Origin: a bacterium
GTDB lineage: Bacteria; JACRDZ01; JAQUKH01
Length of the DNA: 50,731 nt
Direction of reading: 5' to 3'
Assembly: GCA_028719205.1 (NCBI GenBank)
Contig: JAQUKH010000019.1
Location: 1 to 50,731 of the forward strand
Positions within the stretch are counted from its first letter, which is position 1; every line of letters starts with the position of its first letter. The translations under genes were made by a program, and so were the position numbers. Under the pieces are notes generated by a model. It was not told the origin of the DNA and did no database searches. It saw only the letters and a program-made list of their open reading frames with translations. Positions 30,087-39,414 of this stretch are shown one piece after another.

Positions 30087-31158
30087 CTTCTAAATCTCCC
30101 AACTTTTCGATACTCTTTTTATATTCCTTCCACTGCCCTATATCAAACCACCCCCCATAGATCGGGAATACGCTTATTTTTTCCTTTTCGATAATACAGT
30201 CTATTAATTTATTCATATCCATTGGTTTTCCCGGCGGAATATGTGAAATAACGTAAGGTTCTATTATATAGACACCGGTATTTATAATAATATCCTGCAC
30301 CGGTTTCTCGGATATCTTTTCCAGCTTACCATCAGATAATTCAAGAACACCAAATGGAATTTTTACTTCATTATGGCAGCCAATTATTGTAATAGCCGCT
30401 TTTTGCTCTTTATGCCATTTTAAAACTTCAGAAAAATCTGTTTCTAAAATAGAATCACAATTCGCGACAAAAAAGGTATCAGTAATTTTATCCTTCAACA
30501 AGGCTAATCCGCCCGCGGTCCCTAAAAGTTCTTTTTCCTCAATCCAGTCAATATTATAGGGAAATTTATTTTCAGCCAAAAAAAGTTTTATATATTCTTT
30601 TTTATAATTTAATGTATATATAAATTTGCTAAAACCATCCTGATAGAATTTTTCCATAATATGCTCAATTACAGGCTTATCATTAATGGGAATAAGCGGT
30701 TTAGGCAATATTTTAGTAAAAGGGTCTAACCGCGTACCCTTGCCTCCAGCCATTATTACAACCTGATTTTCAAAAACATTTTTACTTCTTGAATGTTTTT
30801 TTTCTTCAAGAAAATCAGTCCATAAAATAACATCAATTATTATTCCTTCATTATTTAACACCGGGATTTGTTCAAATTTTTTCTTAACCATTAATTTTCT
30901 AATATCTTCTTTCAGGCGGGCCTCGTCAGGCGTAACTTTGGTAAAATCCGTATGCATTATTTTTTCAACGCTATCGTTGAACTTAATATTGGAAATTATC
31001 CCCCTTCTGATATCTCCATCCGTAATAGTGCCCAAAAGTTTGCCTTTTTCATCCACAACGAATAATATTTTTTCAGCCGTTTCGTTTAACTTTTGCATAG
31101 CCAGTTTAAGATTCGTATTAGTTGAAATCAATAAAGATTTTAATTTATTTTTTTCCAT
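30079..31158 (-). CDS. ptmE: CBS-domain nucleotidyltransferase (PtmE-type guanylyltransferase)
   Basis: N-terminal CBS pair (GTITDGDIRR), MAGGKGTRL.P.T...PKPL, LGTAG, W.DIG; located inside the leg cluster. Confidence 0.85.
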   Translation of the reverse strand: MEKNKLKSLLISTNTNLKLAMQKLNETAEKILFVVDEKGKLLGTITDGDIRRGIISNIKFNDSVEKIMHTDFTKVTPDEARLKEDIRKLMVKKKFEQIPVLNNEGIIIDVILWTDFLEEKKHSRSKNVFENQVVIMAGGKGTRLDPFTKILPKPLIPINDKPVIEHIMEKFYQDGFSKFIYTLNYKKEYIKLFLAENKFPYNIDWIEEKELLGTAGGLALLKDKITDTFFVANCDSILETDFSEVLKWHKEQKAAITIIGCHNEVKIPFGVLELSDGKLEKISEKPVQDIIINTGVYIIEPYVISHIPPGKPMDMNKLIDCIIEKEKISVFPIYGGWFDIGQWKEYKKSIEKLGDLEGV

Positions 31159-31162
31159 AGAG

Positions 31163-32335
31163 TTACTCTTTACCTTTTTTTAATTCATAAAACCATTTTT
31201 TCGCAATACCGGTTAATAATATTGTTTTAAGGACTTTTATGATCTTTTCACTCGCATTACCGTCACCATAAGAATTCACCAGTGTTTTTAATGAATCCCT
31301 GAATTTTTTTGATATAGCCTGATCAATAGCATTTTTTATTTTTTCTTTTTCAGCATTTGGAACATCAATAACATTATTTACCCTGATTCTTCCCTTCTGC
31401 CTGTCGCCTATATTTACAGCGGGGAGTTTAAAAGACGGGGCTTCAACGATACCACTGGAGGAATTCCCGACCATGATGTCCGCCCATTTTAATAACGAAA
31501 GGTATCTTAACTGCCCGAGAGAAACAAAAACTTTGCTTCTATCCGGATTATCCCTTACAAAATCATTTATTTTCTCGGCAATAACCCTTCCGCCCGTATC
31601 AGCATTTGGCATTGTAAAAATCCAATAAATGCCTTTAACCTCCTGAAGTGCTTTCATTAATTCCGACACCTGAAACTCAGCAGTGTTATTCTCAAGAGTC
31701 ACAGGATGATAAGTAACAACACCTATTTTTTTATCCAGTGGAAATCCAAGCACCTTTGATAACCGTTCCTTGCTTAACAGTTTAAGTTTGTTAATACTAT
31801 CCAGCCCCGGCGCACCTGTACAAAACACATTTTCAGGAGATTCACCCATTTGTATTATTCTGTCCGCGTAAAGTTTGGCGGCTGGAAAATGAATATGGCT
31901 CATTTTAGTTATCGCGTGACGGAAGAGTTCATCCATCGCCCCCTCCGTGGATTCACCGCCATGAATATGAGCGACAGGTATCCTGAAAGGAACTGCCGCG
32001 GCAACCGCGGACAGTATTTCAAACCTATCGCCCAAAACAACTATCACGTCCGGTTTTAACCGTTCATACGCTTTAGCGAATCCGATCATTCCAAGCCCCA
32101 TTGAAGCGGCAATTGCAGTTTCAGTATCGGATGAAAGCAGCATTTCCACTTTTTCAGCGATCGGGAATTTATCTTTCTCAATTTCCTTAACTGTCATTCC
32201 AAATTCAGGAGAAAGATGCATGCCCGTAACAATTAATTGCAGTTTAAGTGAAGGATCTTCATGTGTACCTTTTATTATCCAGTAAAGCAATCCATATTCT
32301 GCTCTTGTTCCGGTTATTACAGCAATTTTACGCAT
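31163..32335 (-). CDS. legG: Hydrolysing NDP-diNAcBac 2-epimerase (NeuC/LegG)
   Basis: TGTRAEYGLL, TGMHLS, LGDRFE, HIHGGE, RHAITK.SH.HF, HPVT, GNSSSG, NIG.RQ.GR. Confidence 0.9.
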   Translation of the reverse strand: MRKIAVITGTRAEYGLLYWIIKGTHEDPSLKLQLIVTGMHLSPEFGMTVKEIEKDKFPIAEKVEMLLSSDTETAIAASMGLGMIGFAKAYERLKPDVIVVLGDRFEILSAVAAAVPFRIPVAHIHGGESTEGAMDELFRHAITKMSHIHFPAAKLYADRIIQMGESPENVFCTGAPGLDSINKLKLLSKERLSKVLGFPLDKKIGVVTYHPVTLENNTAEFQVSELMKALQEVKGIYWIFTMPNADTGGRVIAEKINDFVRDNPDRSKVFVSLGQLRYLSLLKWADIMVGNSSSGIVEAPSFKLPAVNIGDRQKGRIRVNNVIDVPNAEKEKIKNAIDQAISKKFRDSLKTLVNSYGDGNASEKIIKVLKTILLTGIAKKWFYELKKGKE

Positions 32336-33353
32336 AAAAATCTTCCCATGTAATTATTGAATCGATTGTAATGTTCCGTTTTATTTCCATTCCGATAATT
32401 ATTTCTTTGAATTCAGGCTGGATCCCATTCCCAGGCCTTTTAATTAAAATGTCATCTGAAGCGATTATGTTTCCCGCTTTTATATCTCTTGCAGAAACAA
32501 TGCTTTTCCTCGCGATATTCCTGGTATTTTTCTCGTTTTTTACAGGCCTTTTTATACCATCACCTATAGCCTTTTCAACATTTCTTATCGCGTTAACCAT
32601 TGCCTTTAATTCATTCGGTTCTAACGACGCCTTGTGGTCAGGCCCTTTCATATTCCGGCTGAGCGTAAAATGTTTTTCGATCACAGCCGCTCCCAATGCC
32701 GCCGCAGCGACCGAGATTTCAACTCCCATCGTGTGGTCGGAATATCCAACCGGCAGGGTAAAAGCTTTTCGCATAGTTTTCATTACAGATAAATTTGAAT
32801 CTTCAACTAAAGCAGGATAATTCGACACACAGTGTAAAAGCGTCAACTGAGGCCTTTTTTTAAATCGCCCCCAGATCTCATTGATCCAGTTTATGGCCTT
32901 TTCTACTTCTCCCAGGTAAGACATACCTGTGGAAAGTATTATCGGCTTTTTCTTTGACGCAACATGCTGAATTAATGGTTTATTGGAAATCTCGCCTGAT
33001 GGTATTTTAAAAATTTTCACACCCAGGGTATTAAGCATATCCGCGCTTTCTTCGTCAAAAGGCGTTGACATGAACATAATATTTCTTTTCACGGCATACG
33101 CGTATAATTCTTTAAAATTCGCGTATGATAATTCCAGTTTTTTCAGCATCTCGAACTGTGACCCATTTTCTCCTGTATTTTCGATCTGGTATTTCGCTTT
33201 ATTCGCGGATCTATTCACCAGTTTTTCAGTTTTAAAAGTCTGGAATTTAACGGCATCCGCTCCCGCGCCTGCAGCCGCGTCAATTAATTTTCTGGCAATT
33301 GACATATCGCCGTTATGATTAACTCCCGCTTCCGCGATTATAAAAATTTTCAT
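32328..33353 (-). CDS. legI: Nonulosonic acid synthase (NeuB/LegI)
   Basis: IIAEAGVNHNGD, AVKFQTF, STPFD, KIPSGE, LSTGM, LHC.S.YP, GYSDHT, EKHFTL, GPDH.AS, C-terminal SAF domain. Confidence 0.92.
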   Translation of the reverse strand: MKIFIIAEAGVNHNGDMSIARKLIDAAAGAGADAVKFQTFKTEKLVNRSANKAKYQIENTGENGSQFEMLKKLELSYANFKELYAYAVKRNIMFMSTPFDEESADMLNTLGVKIFKIPSGEISNKPLIQHVASKKKPIILSTGMSYLGEVEKAINWINEIWGRFKKRPQLTLLHCVSNYPALVEDSNLSVMKTMRKAFTLPVGYSDHTMGVEISVAAAALGAAVIEKHFTLSRNMKGPDHKASLEPNELKAMVNAIRNVEKAIGDGIKRPVKNEKNTRNIARKSIVSARDIKAGNIIASDDILIKRPGNGIQPEFKEIIIGMEIKRNITIDSIITWEDFYA

Positions 33354-33982
33354 TTTGCCGGCACACCTTTCACTGTTTTACCGTCAGCCGCATCTTTTAT
33401 TACCACGGAACCGGCGGCAACAATAACATCTTTGCCAATGCGAATCCCTTGTATTATTGTAGAACCCGCTCCTATAAAAGAACCGTCGCCTACCTTAACA
33501 CCGCCGCTTATAACAACTCCCGGACATATATGCGCATTTTTACCTATATCACAATCATGATCGATTATGGCGCCCGTATTAATTATTGTGTTTTCCCCGA
33601 TAGCCGCACCTGTCTGTACAATTACACCGGCCATTATTTGCGCACCATCTGAGATCCGGGACTCTTTAGAAACAACCGCTTTCGGATGGATCAGGCATTC
33701 AATATTAAAGCCGATCTCTTTTGCTTTATCGTATAATCTCTTTCTCTTAGTATTATCTTTTACGCTGCCGACAGCTATACAGATATTTTTGATATTCTTT
33801 TTGTATAGTTCCGGAAGTAACTCATCACGCCCAAGTACCGGAATGCCGGAGATTATCGTGCCCTCGGCAATATTCGTATCTACTATCCCCGCGATATTAT
33901 ATTGCCCGGAAGCTTTAATTAACTCAATTAAAACCTTCGCGTGTCCCCCTCCGCCCAAAATAATGATTTTTTTCATTTTCAT
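33350..33982 (-). CDS. Hexapeptide-repeat sugar N-acetyltransferase (NeuD/PglD-like, LegH role)
   Basis: GGGGHA, left-handed beta-helix repeats with DHD, terminal GVPAK; between legC and legI. Confidence 0.88.
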   Translation of the reverse strand: MKMKKIIILGGGGHAKVLIELIKASGQYNIAGIVDTNIAEGTIISGIPVLGRDELLPELYKKNIKNICIAVGSVKDNTKRKRLYDKAKEIGFNIECLIHPKAVVSKESRISDGAQIMAGVIVQTGAAIGENTIINTGAIIDHDCDIGKNAHICPGVVISGGVKVGDGSFIGAGSTIIQGIRIGKDVIVAAGSVVIKDAADGKTVKGVPAK

Positions 33983-33984
33983 AT

Positions 33985-35154
33985 CTATAAACTCTCAAAA
34001 TATTTCTTAATATTTTCAACAATATATTTTATTTCTTTCTCTTTCAAACTTACACTGCAGGGAAGATTTATACACGTTTCATAAGCATAAACCGCGTTCT
34101 CTATCTTATAAACCTGGGAATCTTTATACATCGGCAGGGTATGGATCAGCCTCCAGATCGGCCTTACCTGAATATCTTTTGATATTAAATATTTCATCAA
34201 ACTATTTTTATACTTTTTATCGACATTTATCGTATAAAACCAAAAATTACTTTTTACCTCAGGCCTTTCCCCTGAAAATCTTATACCATTAATATCTGAT
34301 AATAAATTTCTGTATATTTCCGCGTTCTTCCTTTTTACACAAATAAATTCATCAAGCCGCTCCATCTGCGCCACGCCCATAGCCGCCTGTATATTTGTAA
34401 GGCGGTAATTAAATCCAACTTCATCATGATCAAACTCAAAAGGATCCTTTTTAGCCTGAGTGGTAAGATGTTTTACCCTTTTTGCCAGGGCATAATCATC
34501 CGTAACCACCATGCCGCCGCCGCCCGTGGTTATAATTTTATTGCCGTTAAATGAAAAACATCCTGTTTTGCCAAAAGAACCGGACCGTTTACCTTTATAC
34601 TCGGACCCAAGGCTCTCTGTCGCGTCTTCAATAATATCAATATGATATTTTTTGCAAACCTCTACTAAGCCGTCAAGTTCAGCCGGATGCCCGAATATAT
34701 GAACAGGAATAATAGCTTTTATTCTGCGTTTAGTATTTTTATTATATGTATAACCATCCTTATTTTGGGCACATTCATTTTTAAAAAAATCTATAAGTTT
34801 TTGAATATCTAAACAAAGTGTTTCCGCGTCACAATCCATAAAAACAGGATACGCCCCGCAATACCTTACTGTGTTAACAGGAGCAATAAATGTAAGTGTT
34901 GGAACAATAACCTCGTCACCTGAACAAACACCGCAGGCAATAAGGCTCACGTGAAGCGCTGATGTGCCATTAACTACCGCCACCGCGTATTTTGTCCCCG
35001 TGTAGCCGGCAAGCATTTTTTCAAAACGGTCAACATAGCTTCCTACGGAAGAAACCCAGCCGGTATCAAGGCAATCTTTAATATATTTCCATTCATTACC
35101 GGAAATTTCCGGTTCTGATAAAGGGATCATATTTTTTTTAACGGGTTCAGACAT
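33985..35154 (-). CDS. legC: LegC-family PLP aminotransferase
   Basis: PLSEP...GNE..Y...CLDTGWVSSVG.YVD.FE, NGTSALH, EDATESLGS, SFNGNKIITTGGGG, KHLTTQAK. Confidence 0.92.
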   Translation of the reverse strand: MSEPVKKNMIPLSEPEISGNEWKYIKDCLDTGWVSSVGSYVDRFEKMLAGYTGTKYAVAVVNGTSALHVSLIACGVCSGDEVIVPTLTFIAPVNTVRYCGAYPVFMDCDAETLCLDIQKLIDFFKNECAQNKDGYTYNKNTKRRIKAIIPVHIFGHPAELDGLVEVCKKYHIDIIEDATESLGSEYKGKRSGSFGKTGCFSFNGNKIITTGGGGMVVTDDYALAKRVKHLTTQAKKDPFEFDHDEVGFNYRLTNIQAAMGVAQMERLDEFICVKRKNAEIYRNLLSDINGIRFSGERPEVKSNFWFYTINVDKKYKNSLMKYLISKDIQVRPIWRLIHTLPMYKDSQVYKIENAVYAYETCINLPCSVSLKEKEIKYIVENIKKYFESL

Positions 35155-36160
35155 TATAAATATCCTCTTTATATCTCTTACAATTCTCTTTTTCCCTGAA
35201 CCATTCTATGGTTTCTTCCAAGCCTCTTTCTAATGAATACTCCGATTCCCAATTTGTCAGGCTTTTCATTTTTTTATTGCTTCCTAATAATCTCTCGACT
35301 TCACTTCTTTCAGGCCTCAATCTATTATCATCGGATATTATTTTTGCCTTTGGATTTATTATATTAATTAACTTTTTCGCCAGATCCCCAACCGATATCT
35401 CATTCTGAGTCGCAATGTTTATTTCCTCACCTATCGTTTTTGCGGAATTAGCTATTTCCACAAAACCTCTTACCGTATCTTTTACATAAACCAGATCCCT
35501 GGTCGGATGCAGCGCCCCTAATTTTATTTCTTTTTTACCGGCTAAAAGCTGTGTTATTATCGTAGGAATTACTGCTCTTGCTGATTGTCTGGGGCCATAA
35601 GTATTAAACGGCCTGACAATTACAACAGGAAGGTTAAAACTTCTATAAAACGACTCTGCTATATGATCAGCTCCAATTTTTGTCGCGGAATACGGTGACT
35701 GGCCCTGCCTGGGATGTTTTTCATCTATTGGAACATATTTTGCCGTACCATAAACCTCAGACGTGGAAGTCACCAGAATTTTTTCTACTTTGGTTTCTCT
35801 TGCCGCTTGAAGAACGTTCAAAGTTCCTTTAATATTTGTATCAACATAACTGTCGGGAGAATGATAGCTGAAAGGAATTCCGATAAGCGCAGCCAAATGA
35901 AAAACAACATCTATTTCTTTAACCGCTTCCCTTACACCATTTGGATCCCTTATATCTCCGGCGAAAATTTGAATATTTTTAAGCTTATCTTTAGATAAAG
36001 TATCAAGCCATCCCCAGGAATTAAAAGAATTATAAAAAATAAACGCTTTAACGTGGCAGCCTATACCTGATAAATATTCAACAAGATGGCTCCCGATAAA
36101 GCCATCCGCGCCGGTAACTAAAACTTTTTTATTTTTTAAAAATGTATAATCTTTATCCAT
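35147..36160 (-). CDS. legB: GDP-GlcNAc 4,6-dehydratase (LegB)
   Basis: VTGADGFIGSHL, YNSFNSWGWLD, HLAALI.IP.SY, TSTSEVYGTA, QSPYSATK, RPFNTYGPRQSARAVIP, RLRP..SEV.RL. Confidence 0.92.
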   Translation of the reverse strand: MDKDYTFLKNKKVLVTGADGFIGSHLVEYLSGIGCHVKAFIFYNSFNSWGWLDTLSKDKLKNIQIFAGDIRDPNGVREAVKEIDVVFHLAALIGIPFSYHSPDSYVDTNIKGTLNVLQAARETKVEKILVTSTSEVYGTAKYVPIDEKHPRQGQSPYSATKIGADHIAESFYRSFNLPVVIVRPFNTYGPRQSARAVIPTIITQLLAGKKEIKLGALHPTRDLVYVKDTVRGFVEIANSAKTIGEEINIATQNEISVGDLAKKLINIINPKAKIISDDNRLRPERSEVERLLGSNKKMKSLTNWESEYSLERGLEETIEWFREKENCKRYKEDIYNV

Positions 36161-36167
36161 TTTTCGC

Positions 36168-37250
36168 CTAAAGAACCTGATAATAATTACATATATGGCA
36201 CATTGTATCAGTTAAATTGGAATTTTTCCTATATGCTTCCCACTCCTTTACGGATGGGACAGAAAATCCTTTTTCCCCGGCACTAATATTTCTATTTTTA
36301 TTGGTAAAACTCTTTCTCGCGGAAACATATGAAACATCATTCCAAATTTTTTTAAATGATTTTTCGCTAACATTCCCAAAAGAAAATGCATATGAATCCT
36401 GTAAATAACAACAAGGAATTATCGTACCATTCCATTGTATTGTTGACATACACCATAACCAATAACACGGTTGTTTTGGTTTTCTTTTTAAAAAAGCATA
36501 CTTTTTCTTATTTTCTTCATTTAAAGCATTAGTATCATAACCATCAGGGATAAAAGTTATCTTATCAACTCCCATTTTTTTTGCTAATATTTCCGCATCA
36601 TTAATTTGATATTCATTCCATTTAGTAATTACATATTGCCATTCGATAAACGGAGTAGAACTTTTTAACTCTTTACGTTTATCTATCAAAAGTTGCAAAT
36701 TACTAATTACTCTATTTAAATTTCCACCTATTCTATTTTTTTCATAAATTTCCTGAGTAAGACCATCAATCGCAACAATTAGATGATTTAACCCTGATTT
36801 AACCATTTTATCCGCGCTTTCATTGTCAAGCAAATGGAAATTACTGGATAATGATATAGAAACATTTTTTTTGCGCGCGTATGAAATCATTTCGTAAATA
36901 TCTTTGTTTAATAAGGGTTCTCCCCACAGATACAATTTAATAACAAAAAGATATGGGCCCATTTCATCAATAATTTTTCTAAAAAGTTCCACAGGCATAA
37001 AACCTTTAGGAAAAGGATTTTCAAAATCATTAGAATAACATTCTTTACATCTAAGATTACAACGATTTGTCGGCTCAATTTTGACAATAAAAGGATAACC
37101 ATGTATCTTTGGCCTTTTTAATACCATTTGCGATAAAACTATAACCGCATTAGATAATTTTTTAAAAGATAAAGTTTCCCTCTTAAATGAAAACTTCACG
37201 ATTCTATTTATTTTACTAAATTTGCTAAGATTTACTATTGATATTTTCAT
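36168..37250 (-). CDS. Radical SAM protein with C-terminal SPASM/twitch domain
   Basis: EPTNRCNLRCKEC, WGEPLL, and C-terminal C..LW....I.W.G...PCC, GN, IWN, CHIC. Confidence 0.88.
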   Translation of the reverse strand: MKISIVNLSKFSKINRIVKFSFKRETLSFKKLSNAVIVLSQMVLKRPKIHGYPFIVKIEPTNRCNLRCKECYSNDFENPFPKGFMPVELFRKIIDEMGPYLFVIKLYLWGEPLLNKDIYEMISYARKKNVSISLSSNFHLLDNESADKMVKSGLNHLIVAIDGLTQEIYEKNRIGGNLNRVISNLQLLIDKRKELKSSTPFIEWQYVITKWNEYQINDAEILAKKMGVDKITFIPDGYDTNALNEENKKKYAFLKRKPKQPCYWLWCMSTIQWNGTIIPCCYLQDSYAFSFGNVSEKSFKKIWNDVSYVSARKSFTNKNRNISAGEKGFSVPSVKEWEAYRKNSNLTDTMCHICNYYQVL

Positions 37251-37306
37251 ATGCCAAATTCCTGAATGATCCTAAATTTATTTCGTGAAATTTTGTCAGG
37301 CCAAAA

Positions 37307-38413
37307 TTATTTTTTAAAAAAATTACGTATAGTGTCTATTACATATTCCGCTTCATCATTTGTTAATTCAGGATATATCGGCAGTGAAAGAACTTCCGCT
37401 GAAATACGTTCAGTTACAGGTAATTTAAAATGGCTAAGTCCCAGGGCCTTCTGTTTATGTACCGGTGTAGGCCAGGAGATAAGCACTTCAACTCCCGAGG
37501 AACGTAAATATGCTACTAACTCATTCCGTTTTTTTGATCTGATAACATAATTCTGATATACATCAAAATACTCAGAAGCCGCGCGAGGATGAATAATAAT
37601 ATCTCCGATCCCTGCAAGACCTTTATTATATAATTCAGCTATCTCTCTGCGCCTTTCCACCCATTTATCAAAATAATTAAACTTCATGTCAAGTAACGCG
37701 GCATGGAGATTGTCAAGCCTTGTACACCACCCAAAGCACTCAATTACTTCTACGGAATCAACTCTTCCATTATCTCTGAAGGCCCTTAATTTTCTTGCTA
37801 AACCGTCGTCATTTGTGCAAACCATTCCGCCATCTCCCGCTGTACCTAACATCTTTGCAGGATAAAAACTAAATATGCCTGTATCTCCAAAAGACGAGCA
37901 ACGTTTACCTTTATATTTGGCTCCCAGCGCCTGAGCGGCATCTTCTATAACTTTTAGATTATACTTTCCGGCTAACTCCATGATTTTGTCCATATTACAA
38001 GCATGGCCGTTAAGATGTACAGGAATAATACCTTTTGTCTTTGGTGTAATAACTTCTTCTATCTTATTAACATCCATATTAAAATCATCAGTTACATCTA
38101 CAAGTACCGGTGTCGCGCCGCATTGAACAATGGCTCCAACTGTCGCGACAAAAGTATGAGCGACGGTTATTACTTCATCTCCCGGCTTAAAACCCAGAGC
38201 ATGAGCAGAAAGATATAACGCGTCTGTTCCTGTATTTACTCCTATCGCGTATTTGGTACCGACATACTCAGCAATTCTCTTTTCAAAATTATCCAAATGC
38301 CGTCTTAATATAAAATCTCCGCCTGACATTATTTCCTCAAACACATTATCAAACTCTTTTTTTAACATTTTATATTGTTTTGGATAATTAACGAACTTTA
38401 CAGTTTTTGACAT
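37307..38413 (-). CDS. DegT/DnrJ/EryC1/StrS sugar aminotransferase
   Basis: GTDAL, TFVAT, PVHL.G, IEDAAQALG, FSFYPAK.LG..GDGG, RLD.L.AA, LSLP.YP. Confidence 0.92.
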   Translation of the reverse strand: MSKTVKFVNYPKQYKMLKKEFDNVFEEIMSGGDFILRRHLDNFEKRIAEYVGTKYAIGVNTGTDALYLSAHALGFKPGDEVITVAHTFVATVGAIVQCGATPVLVDVTDDFNMDVNKIEEVITPKTKGIIPVHLNGHACNMDKIMELAGKYNLKVIEDAAQALGAKYKGKRCSSFGDTGIFSFYPAKMLGTAGDGGMVCTNDDGLARKLRAFRDNGRVDSVEVIECFGWCTRLDNLHAALLDMKFNYFDKWVERRREIAELYNKGLAGIGDIIIHPRAASEYFDVYQNYVIRSKKRNELVAYLRSSGVEVLISWPTPVHKQKALGLSHFKLPVTERISAEVLSLPIYPELTNDEAEYVIDTIRNFFKK

Positions 38414-38424
38414 TAAAAACCTCC

Positions 38425-39414
38425 CTATTCAAATATTTTTTTTACTTTATTAATAATTTTATTGCAGTCAATATAGTATTCTTTTTCTAATGTACAACTT
38501 GATGGAGCAGGTATATCCGGCAGGGCTAATCTATAAATTGGTGATTTTAAATCTTTAAATAAGGCACTTTCTGCTATTGTTGCAGATATTTCCGCGGCCA
38601 ACCCGCACGTTTTCCAGCCGCCGTCAATAATAAGCAATCTTCCTGTTTTTTTTACAGATTTTTCTAACATATCCTTATCAATAGGTTTAACTGAACGAAG
38701 GTCAATTACTTCCGCCTTTATCCCTTCTTTTTCTAATATTTCAGCCGCTTTTAAAGTTTCCAAAACCAAATAGGATACAGACACTAATGTTATATCTTTA
38801 CCCGATTTTCTTATTATGCCTTTACCAATAGGTACTGAATATAATTCTTCAGGTACTTCCCCTTCAATATTATATAACCACCGATCGTCTATATAAACCA
38901 CAGGATTATCATCTTTTATGGCTGAAACCATTAATCCTTTAGCATCATAAGAGTTAGACGGCATTACCACCTTAAGTCCGGGAATATGCGCAAATAAAGC
39001 GTGCATTGACTGTGAATGTTGCGCGCCTTGTTCTCCTCCCCGATTTATTACCCCCCAAATTACTACAGGAGCGGTGCCTCTACCCCCATTCATATAATGC
39101 CAATTTGCTGCTTCATTAATTATCGGATCCATAGCATACATCATAAAATCCATTCTTGGATGAACAACAATCGGCCTCATTCCCGCGATAGCAGCTCCAA
39201 CTGCCGCTCCGGTTATTGCATTTTCTGAAACAGGCGTATCAATAATTCTTTCAGGCCCAAATTTCTTCAAAAGTCCTAAAGCGGTCTTTCCTACATACCA
39301 TGGACTCTTAACCCCCTGGCCTATAAGAAACACAGACTTATCACACGCCATCATCTGATGGAAAGCCTCATTTATAGCTAAACTATACTGCAATTTTCTA
39401 ACTTTTGAAGACAT
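38425..39414 (-). CDS. TPP-dependent 2-oxoacid dehydrogenase E1 beta-like subunit
   Basis: FG.ERIIDTPVSENAITG, G.RP, DF, QHSQ, PGLKVV.P, DAKGL, D.NPV, EVIDLRS.KP.D. Confidence 0.9.
   Translation of the reverse strand: MSSKVRKLQYSLAINEAFHQMMACDKSVFLIGQGVKSPWYVGKTALGLLKKFGPERIIDTPVSENAITGAAVGAAIAGMRPIVVHPRMDFMMYAMDPIINEAANWHYMNGGRGTAPVVIWGVINRGGEQGAQHSQSMHALFAHIPGLKVVMPSNSYDAKGLMVSAIKDDNPVVYIDDRWLYNIEGEVPEELYSVPIGKGIIRKSGKDITLVSVSYLVLETLKAAEILEKEGIKAEVIDLRSVKPIDKDMLEKSVKKTGRLLIIDGGWKTCGLAAEISATIAESALFKDLKSPIYRLALPDIPAPSSCTLEKEYYIDCNKIINKVKKIFE

Noticed and set aside
4834-37102. Short minus-strand alternative-frame ORFs (4834-5079, 13038-13394, 36908-37102)
   Set aside because: Nested out of frame within rmlB, fnlA and the SPASM radical SAM gene; no motifs, and the host genes are intact.
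36168-37250. RiPP maturase role for the SPASM-type radical SAM
   Set aside because: No precursor peptide, RRE/PqqD domain, protease or exporter nearby, and the flanking intergenic gaps are very short.
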